A DNA stretch of 64,000 bases from an uncultured Planctomycetales bacterium (lineage in GTDB: Bacteria; Omnitrophota; Gorgyraeia; Zapsychrales; JAHFFX01). The translations under genes were made by a program, and so were the position numbers. The notes below the pieces were generated by a model. That model searched no databases. It worked only from the letters and a program-made list of their open reading frames with translations, and was not told the origin of the DNA. The stretch spans positions 87,174 to 151,173 of the forward strand of contig CAYXGG010000001.1 in NCBI GenBank assembly GCA_964464475.1. Direction: 5' to 3'. Within the stretch, counting starts at the first letter, position 1. The number at the start of each line of letters is the position of its first letter. Below are positions 17,314-27,545 of this stretch, piece by piece.

Positions 17314-19564
17314 TACAGGTGCTTCTGAAAATAAAACAACGACAGTGTCAGGCCGTTTGGTCTGGGTATTGTCATTGTGCCTGATTGTGTCGGTATTCAT
17401 CATGGTTTTCATTCGATCTCAGGAAAACTTGAGTAACGAGGACACGATCTATCATTTACGAATGGGTAAGATCATTTTGGAAGAAGGGTTGCCCAAATTG
17501 GATATGTTGTCTTTTTCGGCCGCCCATAAGCCTTGGCCTAGCCATGAATGGCTTTGGCAACTTTTTATTTTTCGCTTAACTGAATTCGCGGGGATCAATA
17601 GCATTGTTTGGTTACAGTCGTTACTGCTGATCGTGGGGCTTGGCTTACTATTTTTCTGGGGATATCGGAAGGATCTGGTATTTCTAGTTGCCATCGGGTT
17701 ATTGGCGGTTACTTTAGTAAGATCGGATAGATGTTTGATCAGGGTTGACATGGTCAGTTTGTTTTTATCCGTCCTTTTTATGGTATTAATGGACAAAGGA
17801 TTGAATAAACGTTGGGTATTAGTCTTGCTTTTTCTTTTGCAGGTAATTTGGGTTAATATTCATGGTTTCTTTATCTTTGGGCCTTTGGTGGCCATCCTTT
17901 TCTTCATAGCAGAATTTATTAAACGCCATTGCCCTTTACCCTGGGAGTGGAAGCGAGCCTCAAGTGTTTCTCCAGAGGAGTACACTAATCTTAAGATACT
18001 GCCTTGGCTACTCATGGGAGGTTGTTTGATAAATCCTGAGTTTCTCCAGGGAGCTATTTATCCTTTAAAAATATTGTTTGCCGCGAAAAGTGATTCGGCT
18101 CATTTATATACATTTATTAGTGAACTGCAGAGACCTTTTGACCTCGCCGCCATAAGGAATATCCACGTCCAAACAGGATACAAAATAGTCTTTTTGCTGT
18201 CGGGATTAAGTTTTCTTGTGAATTATCGCAAAATCGATTTGAAGGTTCTATTCGTCTGGTTAGCCTTTTTATTATTTTCTTCAAGCGCTTATCGAACTTT
18301 GATTTTTTGGGGGCCGCCTGCCTATTGGGTCATGATGGCTAACTTATCCAAGATTGATTTTAGTCATTTCTATCATAGAAATGATTCTTTCAGTAAATGT
18401 ATTCGAATTGCCTGCTTGGGTATTTTGGTTTATTTGTTAACTGCCGTAAGTCAGCAGATCGTGATGAAGATCAAAAATAATAAGACTTTTGACCCTGTTA
18501 GCCAAACTTATGTGAGTGCTTATGGGAGATTCTGGGAAAGCCGGTCAATTAAGAAAATTTTGGATTTTATAGTGTCTAACAATTTGCAGGGTAATTTTGT
18601 TAATTCATTGGAGTCAGGGCTCCATCTTTCCTATCGGGCGTATCCGCATATTAAGACTTTTTTCGATGGCCGTGTCGAAATATACGACCGGGAAGTTTTT
18701 GATCAGTATGTGCGTATTAGACATGAGGGGGACTGGGAACTGTTTAATCAGCTGGCCCAGAAACATGATGTGTCGGGATTTTTGTTAACGCACTTAGAAG
18801 AGGGTTTCCCCGCAAATGATTTTCTTAAGAAGATGATCCATTCAGATTTATGGAAACTGGTTTATTTAGATTATGATGGCGTTGTCTTCCTTAAGAATTC
18901 GACCCTGAATCAAGCAGTCATACAAAAGAACCTTATTGATTTGGATCGCTGGGAAACTGGCCCCACCACAGTGAGTTATACCTATCCAGATCCGGCTATT
19001 GCGCAAGTGTATCTAAAACGTGCTGTGCTTTTAGAAGCATTAGGCTTCCCTCAGAAGGCTCGAACCGAAATGGAGCAGGCTTTAATTATTTCTCCGAGCG
19101 ATTCAGATTTGCTCTTGCGAGCTGCAAAGCTGGATGGCATTGTTGGAAACTATTCAGCGCAAGTCGAGAAATCTTTAGTGTTACTTAATCAATCGCCGCG
19201 AAGTATCAAGTTAATGTTATTGGGGCTCATTGCGTATTTGAATAACGGACAATGGGATGAGGCCAATGAAATAAGTCTCAGGATGTTGAAGCAACAGCCT
19301 CAAGATCCGCGCTGTCACCTGGGGAGAGGACTAGTATTTCTTGCTCAGGGATTGGAACAAAACGTATGGGAAGCCCTGGATAAGGCGTTAGATTTGGGAT
19401 TAGACGTTGCCCTGCTGACAGATTTGGTGGAGAGTGCAGACCGGTGGAATAAAGTAGAAATTTTGAAAAGAGTGGCTTCCAGAATTCTCGAAAGAAATAA
19501 TTTAGCTAACGATATAAGGAAAAAGCTAGTGACTTTAACCAACGTAGGTTCAACAGAAAAATAG
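17279..19564 (+). CDS. Polytopic membrane protein (GT-C-like) with C-terminal TPR repeats
   Basis: DTIYHLRMG..D..SF....PWPSHEWL, WVNIHGFF, many TMs, FFDGR, C-terminal TPR-like helices. Start uncertain (17279 or 17345). Confidence 0.65.
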   Translation: MRSSLGLALKNNTGASENKTTTVSGRLVWVLSLCLIVSVFIMVFIRSQENLSNEDTIYHLRMGKIILEEGLPKLDMLSFSAAHKPWPSHEWLWQLFIFRLTEFAGINSIVWLQSLLLIVGLGLLFFWGYRKDLVFLVAIGLLAVTLVRSDRCLIRVDMVSLFLSVLFMVLMDKGLNKRWVLVLLFLLQVIWVNIHGFFIFGPLVAILFFIAEFIKRHCPLPWEWKRASSVSPEEYTNLKILPWLLMGGCLINPEFLQGAIYPLKILFAAKSDSAHLYTFISELQRPFDLAAIRNIHVQTGYKIVFLLSGLSFLVNYRKIDLKVLFVWLAFLLFSSSAYRTLIFWGPPAYWVMMANLSKIDFSHFYHRNDSFSKCIRIACLGILVYLLTAVSQQIVMKIKNNKTFDPVSQTYVSAYGRFWESRSIKKILDFIVSNNLQGNFVNSLESGLHLSYRAYPHIKTFFDGRVEIYDREVFDQYVRIRHEGDWELFNQLAQKHDVSGFLLTHLEEGFPANDFLKKMIHSDLWKLVYLDYDGVVFLKNSTLNQAVIQKNLIDLDRWETGPTTVSYTYPDPAIAQVYLKRAVLLEALGFPQKARTEMEQALIISPSDSDLLLRAAKLDGIVGNYSAQVEKSLVLLNQSPRSIKLMLLGLIAYLNNGQWDEANEISLRMLKQQPQDPRCHLGRGLVFLAQGLEQNVWEALDKALDLGLDVALLTDLVESADRWNKVEILKRVASRILERNNLANDIRKKLVTLTNVGSTEK

Positions 19565-19599
19565 ATTTAAAGTTAAACGCCATCAATAAGGAACCACCA

Positions 19600-20445
19600 A
19601 TGATTTCAGAAGTAGTCACTTATGTACCGGATAATTGCTTAAAGAAAGGTTATTTGGCCTTACTTAAAGAGATTGTTCAGGAGATTGTTAGAAATCGTTG
19701 GCTAACCTTACAGCTTTTTAAAAGAGATTTCTTTGCGTCGTACAAACAGTCGATCGTAGGCATCGTTTGGATTTTTGTTATGCCGTTATTTAATGTGGGG
19801 GCTTTCGTTTTATTAAACCAATCAGGTGTTTTTAATGTCGGAGAGGTTCCTGTTCCTTATCCTTTGTATGCCATTTTAAGTATGTCTTTGTGGCAAATTT
19901 TTGCCGGGGGTTTGATGGCCTGCAGTAGTTCATTAACTAACGCCGGAGACATGTTGACGCGGATTAACTTTAGTCGCAAATCATTGGTTTTTGCCGCCAT
20001 CGGACGTCCTATTGTTTCGTTGCTGATCCAATTTGGTTTAGTCTTTGTCCTATGTTTTTATTATCGGATCACGCCTCATTTAAACGCGATCTACCTTCCT
20101 TTTGTCTTTGTGGCCATTCTTTGTTTAACCGTTAGTTTGGGGATGATCCTGGCGATTCTCAACTCTTTGGTGAAAGATACAGGAAATCTTCTTTATATAT
20201 TATTGATGCTGCTGATGTATTTAACTCCGGTCCTTTATGCGAAACCCTTAAAAGGTCTTCTCGCTGTCATGACTCAATATAACCCAATGTATTATTTGCT
20301 TTCTGCCGGCAGAGATTTGTTTTTATGGGGGGAAATAAAAGAGCTGAATGCTTTTGTATGGGTTGTTTTGGGATCGATTTTACTATTCCTATTTTCTTTG
20401 GTTTTCTTTCATCTCAGTGAATCACGTTTAGCGGAGCGTATATAA
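19600..20445 (+). CDS. ABC-2 polysaccharide exporter permease (Wzm) no. 2
   Basis: KRDFFASYKQSIVGIVW, VPYPLY, RINFSR, YLTPVLY, YNPM. Confidence 0.9.
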   Translation: MISEVVTYVPDNCLKKGYLALLKEIVQEIVRNRWLTLQLFKRDFFASYKQSIVGIVWIFVMPLFNVGAFVLLNQSGVFNVGEVPVPYPLYAILSMSLWQIFAGGLMACSSSLTNAGDMLTRINFSRKSLVFAAIGRPIVSLLIQFGLVFVLCFYYRITPHLNAIYLPFVFVAILCLTVSLGMILAILNSLVKDTGNLLYILLMLLMYLTPVLYAKPLKGLLAVMTQYNPMYYLLSAGRDLFLWGEIKELNAFVWVVLGSILLFLFSLVFFHLSESRLAERI

Positions 20446-20448
20446 GCT

Positions 20449-21675
20449 ATGAATTCGAACATCGCTATCAGCGTTGAAGGGGTCTCCAAGAAATTTTGTC
20501 GTTCTTTGAAGCGATCCATGGCTTATGGGTTAACCGACATAGGGAGGAATCTTTTGGGATGTTCTTCTCTCCCAGCTAAGGAACGAAAAGAAGAATTTTG
20601 GGCGGTAGATAACGTTTCTTTTCAAATCCAACGAGGAGAATCTTTTGGCTTGATTGGACCAAATGGTTCAGGCAAGACCACTTTATTAAAGATGCTTAAC
20701 GGAATTTTCTGGCCGGATCGTGGTCGCATTGAAATGAGGGGGCGGGTAGGGGCTTTGATTGCCGTAGGCGCGGGTTTCCATCCGATGTTGACGGGACGAG
20801 AAAATGTTTATATTAATGGCGCCATCCTGGGGATGAACAAAAGAGAGATTGACCAAAAATTTGACGCCATCGTGGATTTCGCAGACATTGGAGAATTTAT
20901 CGATGCCCCCGTTAAACACTATTCGAGTGGTATGTTTGTGCGTTTAGGATTTGCCGTGGCGGTTCACGGTAATCCGGAAGTGTTGTTGATTGATGAAGTC
21001 TTGGCGGTAGGAGATAAAGATTTTCAAATGAAGTGTTATCGTAAGATTAACGAAATCCGAACGCAGGGAACAACCGTTATTCTTGTCGCGCATAATGAGT
21101 ACACTATTAGAGAATACACTAACCGCTGCGCGTATTTAAATCATGGTAAAGAGCGGTTTATTGGGTCAAGCGAAGAAGGCATATCGTTGTATATGCGCGA
21201 TATTTTAGAACTTAAGTCAAAGCAAGAAAAGAAGTCAAATACACCTGGCTTTGTTCGTTCTTCTCAATCGCAGCTATTGCCGGTTAAGTTCCTGGATGCG
21301 CAAGGTCGTCAGATTGATTTCCTTGAATCGGGGCAAGAATTAAACATTTTATTTGAATGCGTGCTTGATAAAGAAGTCCAGAATCCGGTTTTTGGCGTTA
21401 ATTTTTATGACAATGCGGGTTTTATGTACTGTGTTAACAGCAGTTATGAAGGGTTTAGTATCCCGGATGCTATCAATGGGCATGTGCGTATAAAAATTCA
21501 AATCCCCCATTTGCATTTACCGATGAATAATTATTTAGTCTCTACCATTATCGCTGAAGGAAATCCTGATAATTTGCTTGATTGGCACGACCGGGAATAT
21601 CGATTTGTGGTGGGACGGGCAGAAAATGCTCGTGGTTCAATAAAGCTTCCAACGCTTTGGAGTGTTGAAAAATGA
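20449..21675 (+). CDS. ABC polysaccharide exporter ATPase (Wzt) no. 2 with C-terminal carbohydrate-binding domain
   Basis: GPNGSGKTT, PMLTGRENV, YSSGMFVRLGF, DEVLAVGD; C-terminal extension. Confidence 0.92.
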   Translation: MNSNIAISVEGVSKKFCRSLKRSMAYGLTDIGRNLLGCSSLPAKERKEEFWAVDNVSFQIQRGESFGLIGPNGSGKTTLLKMLNGIFWPDRGRIEMRGRVGALIAVGAGFHPMLTGRENVYINGAILGMNKREIDQKFDAIVDFADIGEFIDAPVKHYSSGMFVRLGFAVAVHGNPEVLLIDEVLAVGDKDFQMKCYRKINEIRTQGTTVILVAHNEYTIREYTNRCAYLNHGKERFIGSSEEGISLYMRDILELKSKQEKKSNTPGFVRSSQSQLLPVKFLDAQGRQIDFLESGQELNILFECVLDKEVQNPVFGVNFYDNAGFMYCVNSSYEGFSIPDAINGHVRIKIQIPHLHLPMNNYLVSTIIAEGNPDNLLDWHDREYRFVVGRAENARGSIKLPTLWSVEK

Positions 21676-22850
21676 ATTCTACTAATAAAAAGCGATTGGC
21701 TGTTGTGCCTACAGATCCGATTGAACTGTATTTGAATTCCGGCTATGGGGCAAAATGGCTCAAAGAATACTTCAACCCGTTGAAATTTTTTGATGAAGTC
21801 TATGTGCTCTCGCCGAATGAGAAGGACAATCCTGATTTGCTGGGTATGCAAGCGATCAGAACCACCAGCACACAGTTCGCACGGCGTCTCAAGGAACTGC
21901 GCATTGATGTGGTCCGGGCCTACGGGGCCTTTTGGCCGTGTGAGTTGGCTTGCACCAATAAGGTAAACAACGTCCCCGTCGTAGTATCAGTTCATGACAC
22001 GAATCCAGAATTATTATGGGATTCAATTGCCAAAGCGGACGCGGTGTATGCGATGACTCATGAGGTCAGGCGATTAGTTTTGGATAAACATAAGAATCCG
22101 GATCGCGTTTGGGTGCTGCCAAATCGGATTCATTTCGATTATATGCGTCCGTATTCTAAAGAAGAGATTGGTTCAGAATTAGACAGTAAATATCCATTTA
22201 AATATAAATTGATTCATGTCGGCCGCAGGAGCAAACAAAAGAATTTAGACAATATTATTAAGTCTTTGAAGGTTTTAGGAAAGGATTATTGTTTGTTAGC
22301 TGTGGGTAAAGGGGATGCTCAGGAATATATCAGCCTTGCCCGTGACTGGGGTGTTCTGGATCAATGTTTCTTTATCGAAGCCATTTCTAATGAGGAATTG
22401 GCTAAATACTATTCTTGGGCGGATTGCGTTTGTATGCCCAGTCGATGGGAAGGCTTTGGCATGGTCATTTCCGAAGCTTTAGCCGCTGAGGGTGTTTTGT
22501 TGACTTCAGATTTACCACCGATGACGGAATTTGTGCAGCATGGGTTTAATGGTTTGCTTTTAAAAGATTTGGAAAATCATCAGGCGTTGGCCGAATTGGT
22601 TAGACAAGCCTGCACGGATGTTGGTCTACGGAAAATTCTAAAATCTAACGCTCGCAAGAGCGTGGAATGCTTTGAACAAAGCAAAGTGGATACTTTAGAG
22701 GCGAGTTATTATCAAAAAGTTTTAGATTTAAAAGAACAAGGGGCTTTTCGTCAGTCCTGGAAACAGAAAGTTTTCTACTCATCAATTGGGAAGAAAGTCC
22801 GCCCGATGATTCCCATGAGCATCAGAAAAAGATTTCTAGGAACGGTGTAA
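21672..22850 (+). CDS. Glycosyltransferase family 4
   Basis: VGRRSKQKN, PSRWEGFGMVISEA. Confidence 0.88.
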   Translation: MNSTNKKRLAVVPTDPIELYLNSGYGAKWLKEYFNPLKFFDEVYVLSPNEKDNPDLLGMQAIRTTSTQFARRLKELRIDVVRAYGAFWPCELACTNKVNNVPVVVSVHDTNPELLWDSIAKADAVYAMTHEVRRLVLDKHKNPDRVWVLPNRIHFDYMRPYSKEEIGSELDSKYPFKYKLIHVGRRSKQKNLDNIIKSLKVLGKDYCLLAVGKGDAQEYISLARDWGVLDQCFFIEAISNEELAKYYSWADCVCMPSRWEGFGMVISEALAAEGVLLTSDLPPMTEFVQHGFNGLLLKDLENHQALAELVRQACTDVGLRKILKSNARKSVECFEQSKVDTLEASYYQKVLDLKEQGAFRQSWKQKVFYSSIGKKVRPMIPMSIRKRFLGTV

Positions 22851-22873
22851 TTCTTAAACGCAGTGAGGAAAAA

Positions 22874-25186
22874 ATGCTATCCAAATTATTAAATCCCTTA
22901 AGAAAAAAATTTAAACAACCCATTATTGACGGGATCTATCGGTTTTTAATGCGCAGTTCAAAATATCTCTGGGGACGGAAGCCTTTTGATATTGAAGAAT
23001 TAAAGTTACTCACCGAAGCCTTGGCTTCTCAGAATCTTTTCGGCGTGGACGGTAAGATGGTGCCTGCCTTTGAAAAAGAATTCGCCCATCTTTATGGTGT
23101 TCCTTATGCCGTCGCTTCGACTTCGGGAACGGCCGCGATCCATACCGCGCTAGGCGCGCTTGATTTAAACCCTGGGGACGAGGTGATTACCGCGCCGATT
23201 ACGGACTTAGGTACGGTGATTCCGATTCTTTCGTTAAATGCTATCCCGGTTTTCGCGGACATCGACGCTAGCTATAACATGGATCCCCGTGATGTGGAGC
23301 GAAAAATAACCGACCGTACGCGTGCTATTGTCGTCGTGCACCTTTTTGGAAACCCTTGTGATATGGACGCGATGGTGGCGATCGCTAGGAAACATAAAAT
23401 TCCGCTTATCGAAGATTGTTCGCAATCTCATGTGACCTCCTATAAGGGTAGGTACGTTGGGACGATCGGCGATATTGGCTGTTTCAGTTTTCAACAATCA
23501 AAACATATGACGACGGGGGATGGAGGGATGACCATCACCTCCAACGCAGCCTATTATGAACGGATGAAGCTTTATGTGGATAAAGGGTTCATGCGCAAAG
23601 GGTGGGGCGCTCGCGCTTACGGGTTTCATGCGCCCAATTATCGCATGAACGAATTGACCGCAGCGGTTGGGCGGGCCCAAATTAAGAAGGTAAAAGCTGT
23701 CGTTCAGAAACGCCATGAAATGGGAAGTCTTTTAACGTCATTATTGAGTAATGTTCCTGGTTTAACAACGGCACCCGTAACTGACGGAGGGTATCATTCG
23801 TACTGGTTGTATCCTTTGCTCACAGAAGGAATCGATATTGAATTATTTGCCAAGGAAATGATTAAGTCTCATTTTTGGAGCGCTCCGGGATATACAGGTA
23901 AACCCATTTATTTGTGCAGTGAGTCATTGACGGCTAAGAAAACTTACGGCAATTCGCAGTTCCCTTTTAATTCTACTTTTGCCAGTAAGAAATACGAGTA
24001 TGTTGAGGGTCTTTGTCCAAAAGCGGAAATGACCTTGAAACAGTTAGTTACCATGCCTTGGGATGAGAGCTGGGATGAACTAAGGGTGCGGAAAGCTGCC
24101 GAGGTGATTAAGTCTACCTTGGCGCGCGTGAGGAGCGGTGAAGAGAGTTCTTTGAAAGCTGTCGCTCAAACTAAGGCGCCTGTGAATGCGAAGCAAACCG
24201 AGCATTCTGTTTCCCCGCAAGCTACTCTCAATATTGGCATTATTGGTTGTGGCCAGATGGGGCGTTGGCATTTAGACGCTTATAAAAAGAACCTGCAGGT
24301 TAAATGCGTGGCTTTTGTCGACACAGACTTAAAGAAAGCTGAAGAGTTCGCGCAAGAAGTCGGCGGCAAAGCGTATGATAGCACCTCAAAAATGTTGGCT
24401 CAGGAGAAATTGGATGGGGTCAGTGTTTGTACGATCCCTTCAACCCATGAGCGTATTGTTTTGGATTTGTTGAGTGCAGGTGTAAATGTGTTGTGTGAGA
24501 AACCTTTAGCCATTTCGGTAAGAGAGGCTGCTGCGATGATGGCCAAGGCCAAAGAAAAAGAGCGGCTATGTTTGACGGCGTTTAAGTTTCGGTTCTTTGA
24601 AGAAGTCACCCGGGCTAAAGAAATCATTGATTCCGGGGCCCTGGGGAAAATTTATAACTTTCGTCTGATGTTCGGCGGGCAGATCAATATGGAAGGGACG
24701 TGGTTTGCCAACAAGTCATTGTCTGGGGGCGGTATTATCATGGATAACGGACCGCACGCCTTTGATTTGATTCATTATTTGTTGGGATCTTTGCATAAAG
24801 TCAACGCACATGCCAGTACGTTTCAAAATATCCAAGTTGAAGATACGGCGCAAGTTTCTGTGACTTTATCGAATGGTACCGTCGGCACTGTGGACGTAAG
24901 CTGGAATACCGTTCTTCCTGCTGCCAATTATTTGGAGATTTATGGAGAAAATGGTTGTTTGTTTTTGGACTTCGGGGGAATTACCTATAAATATAAAACT
25001 TGGGATAGTTTTAAGCGAGTCGCCAACTTAGGAGATATTAAACAAGCTTTTCAAAGACAAATTAATCATTTTGTCGAGGCGATTCCAAATCAAAAAACAA
25101 CCGTGATTACAAACCAAGATGGCTTGCTAGCTCAAGAATGGATTGAACAGGCCTATCAATCGCTTGCAGGAGTTGTTGAAAAATGA
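22874..25186 (+). CDS. Fusion of DegT/DnrJ/EryC1/StrS aminotransferase and Gfo/Idh/MocA oxidoreductase
   Basis: SGTAAIH, PVFADID, VHLFG, IEDCSQ, SFQQSKHMTTGDGG; then IGIIGCGQMG, VLCEKPLA, GGGIIMDNGPH. Confidence 0.9.
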   Translation: MLSKLLNPLRKKFKQPIIDGIYRFLMRSSKYLWGRKPFDIEELKLLTEALASQNLFGVDGKMVPAFEKEFAHLYGVPYAVASTSGTAAIHTALGALDLNPGDEVITAPITDLGTVIPILSLNAIPVFADIDASYNMDPRDVERKITDRTRAIVVVHLFGNPCDMDAMVAIARKHKIPLIEDCSQSHVTSYKGRYVGTIGDIGCFSFQQSKHMTTGDGGMTITSNAAYYERMKLYVDKGFMRKGWGARAYGFHAPNYRMNELTAAVGRAQIKKVKAVVQKRHEMGSLLTSLLSNVPGLTTAPVTDGGYHSYWLYPLLTEGIDIELFAKEMIKSHFWSAPGYTGKPIYLCSESLTAKKTYGNSQFPFNSTFASKKYEYVEGLCPKAEMTLKQLVTMPWDESWDELRVRKAAEVIKSTLARVRSGEESSLKAVAQTKAPVNAKQTEHSVSPQATLNIGIIGCGQMGRWHLDAYKKNLQVKCVAFVDTDLKKAEEFAQEVGGKAYDSTSKMLAQEKLDGVSVCTIPSTHERIVLDLLSAGVNVLCEKPLAISVREAAAMMAKAKEKERLCLTAFKFRFFEEVTRAKEIIDSGALGKIYNFRLMFGGQINMEGTWFANKSLSGGGIIMDNGPHAFDLIHYLLGSLHKVNAHASTFQNIQVEDTAQVSVTLSNGTVGTVDVSWNTVLPAANYLEIYGENGCLFLDFGGITYKYKTWDSFKRVANLGDIKQAFQRQINHFVEAIPNQKTTVITNQDGLLAQEWIEQAYQSLAGVVEK

Positions 25187-26517
25187 CAGTGGCTGCGCTG
25201 GACAAACAACGAGTGAATTTCTTTGTCTTGGGGTTAAATATGGCAGTTGCGCTTCTGTCGCTGGCTGGGTGCTTCTATTTGCAATATTATCATCCGGCAA
25301 GCTACGCCCAACTCGTTTTGGAAGATTGTTGGGGAGAGTATGGAACGTTTTGTGCCTATTTATTGGCAGCCTTATTGCTGTTGTTGGTGATGATAAAAAA
25401 GCCGTCATTCTTTAAATTTGGCTACATTGGCTTGGCTATCGTTCTTTTTGTGATCGGCATGGAGGAAATCAGCTGGGGACAGAGAATATTAAATTTCTCA
25501 ACCCCGGAAGTCATGAAAAAACTTAATTATCAGTCCGAAGTTTCAGTTCATAATATTTTGGATAATTATTTCGATATTCAATCGTTGTTTATTTATGCGA
25601 TTAGTTTCTGGGTAATGTTAGTGCCTTGGTTGCTTAAGAAATTTGCTAGCTTAAGATACTGGTTCGAGAAGCTTGGACTTCCGGTTTTTCCTCCGGAGAC
25701 GACTCCCTTATTTCTTGTTTCTTTAGGTCTTACGATCACTGCACCGTTTATCAGTAATGATGAAATAAAAGAGTTGTTGTTGGCTTTTGCCTTTTTGTTC
25801 ATGTCCGTCATTATTTTTGGGCGTGTGTTTTCTTCAGACAAAGTGAAAAGTGTTGATGTATTGCGCCATTTGATGGTTGTCTTGATTTTGGGTGTTGTCC
25901 TGACGGGCGCCATGGTGCGTTTTTGGGGGTCAAAATGGAAGGATGAAGGGCGATTTAAGGGACAACTACATTGGATGGCGGCGATTGAATATGGGAAAAA
26001 GAATTTGCCACGTCAACAGCAACAATTGTTTGAATATATCTTGGCAGAACCACATTTTCATCGTCCAGAGACGTTGATACAATTTGGCCTTGCTTTAGCT
26101 AAACACAAAAACCCGAAAGCACAGGCAATCTTGGAGATGGCTTTGAGGCAAGAAGTGATCAAACAACAAAAAGATCCAGGGAATCCAAAATATAGTCGCA
26201 ATCTTGGTTTAATTTACTACTTGATGGGACGGGGGGATGCTTCAGTTCAGGAATTAAATTTAGCGTTAAAGAAGGGATTAGCTCATTTAGCAGAAAGCGG
26301 TCGCTCGGGGGATTTTGATCAGATCTTTTCGGTTTTTGAAACTAATATTATCCGACGTGATTATGCCGCAGCTCGAAAGAATATTGACGAAGCAACGAAA
26401 AGCGTATCGCTCAGTGAACAAGCTATTAAAGTTGAGCTTTGGGAAGAGCGCTTGGAGTCAATTGAAAAGCTTTCTTACGAACAGTTTTTGCAATTATTGC
26501 AATTTATGTATTTGTAA
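25183..26517 (+). CDS. Polytopic membrane protein with C-terminal TPR-like region
   Basis: EDCWGEY, GMEEISWGQRI, NYQSEVSVHN motifs, several TMs, helical C-terminus with NLGLIYY. Confidence 0.65.
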   Translation: MTVAALDKQRVNFFVLGLNMAVALLSLAGCFYLQYYHPASYAQLVLEDCWGEYGTFCAYLLAALLLLLVMIKKPSFFKFGYIGLAIVLFVIGMEEISWGQRILNFSTPEVMKKLNYQSEVSVHNILDNYFDIQSLFIYAISFWVMLVPWLLKKFASLRYWFEKLGLPVFPPETTPLFLVSLGLTITAPFISNDEIKELLLAFAFLFMSVIIFGRVFSSDKVKSVDVLRHLMVVLILGVVLTGAMVRFWGSKWKDEGRFKGQLHWMAAIEYGKKNLPRQQQQLFEYILAEPHFHRPETLIQFGLALAKHKNPKAQAILEMALRQEVIKQQKDPGNPKYSRNLGLIYYLMGRGDASVQELNLALKKGLAHLAESGRSGDFDQIFSVFETNIIRRDYAAARKNIDEATKSVSLSEQAIKVELWEERLESIEKLSYEQFLQLLQFMYL

Positions 26518-26542
26518 AATCATAAATAAATGAGGTCATGCG

Positions 26543-27544
26543 ATGAATAATATGAATCCTGCTAAAACGTCTTCAGAAAAAGGGGCCTTGCAAAATCTAA
26601 TTGATAAAGTTTTCCAACTGAAGAATCAGAAGCGAAATTCTTTGGCCCTGGCTATTGATTGGGTCAAGCGCAATCGCGTTGAGGGGAGCGGGATCCTAGT
26701 TCACCACCTTTCCGGTGACGTGACACCCGAAGTCACGGGATATTTAATTGCTTCGTTATATAACGCCGGGGAGAAAGAATTAGCTATTGATTTGGCGCGA
26801 TGGGAGGCCTCCATTCAATTGCCTAACGGCGCCTTTACCGCGCCGGGTTCTCGCGTCGCTTATACGTTTGATACCGCCCAAGTAATCAGAGGGTTTCTGA
26901 CGGTAGCGCCAGATTTACCTGAGATCAAAGAAAATTTAGCGTCCGCTTGTAGATTTGTTGCTGGCCAAATCGATGAGCAGGGAGAAGTTCATACGCCGGA
27001 TGACAGCATTTGGGCACTTCCGGATGGTAGTAAGTTATCACCATATTGTAATTTGTATTGCTTGGCTCCATTAAAGTCCGGGGGTGAATTACTTAATGAA
27101 TCAAGTTTCGTACAAGCGGCGAATCGCGCGCTCGCGTACTACAAAAGTAAGCCGGATATAACTGAGTTCAAACCACAATTAGGGACTTTGTCACATATTT
27201 TCGGTTATATGATGGAAGCTTTAGCTGAGATGGGAGAACATGATTTGGCCAAAAAGGGATTAGAGCAAGCTTGGAAATTACAGCGGGAAGACGGGTATGT
27301 GCCGGCGTACCCTGGTGCCACTTGGATGTGTTCAACGGGATTGGCCCAGCTGGGAATTGCCAGTTGGATGATTGGTTGGAAAGAGCCAGCGTTAAAAGCT
27401 TTAAGTTATTTGGAAAAAATTCAAAATAAAAGTGGAGGGTTTTTCGGTGGCTATGGGCCAGGAGCGCAATACTTTGCTAAGGAAGAGATCTGCTGGGCCA
27501 ATAAGTTTTTTATAGATTTAAATTTGTTAATTAGAGGAACATAA
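26543..27544 (+). CDS. Alpha/alpha-barrel protein (prenyltransferase/squalene-cyclase-repeat-like) of glycan loci
   Basis: PEVTGYLIASL, QLPNGAF, YTFDTAQVIRG, QREDG, QNKSGGF (QW-like repeats). Confidence 0.6.
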   Translation: MNNMNPAKTSSEKGALQNLIDKVFQLKNQKRNSLALAIDWVKRNRVEGSGILVHHLSGDVTPEVTGYLIASLYNAGEKELAIDLARWEASIQLPNGAFTAPGSRVAYTFDTAQVIRGFLTVAPDLPEIKENLASACRFVAGQIDEQGEVHTPDDSIWALPDGSKLSPYCNLYCLAPLKSGGELLNESSFVQAANRALAYYKSKPDITEFKPQLGTLSHIFGYMMEALAEMGEHDLAKKGLEQAWKLQREDGYVPAYPGATWMCSTGLAQLGIASWMIGWKEPALKALSYLEKIQNKSGGFFGGYGPGAQYFAKEEICWANKFFIDLNLLIRGT

Positions 27545-27545
27545 A

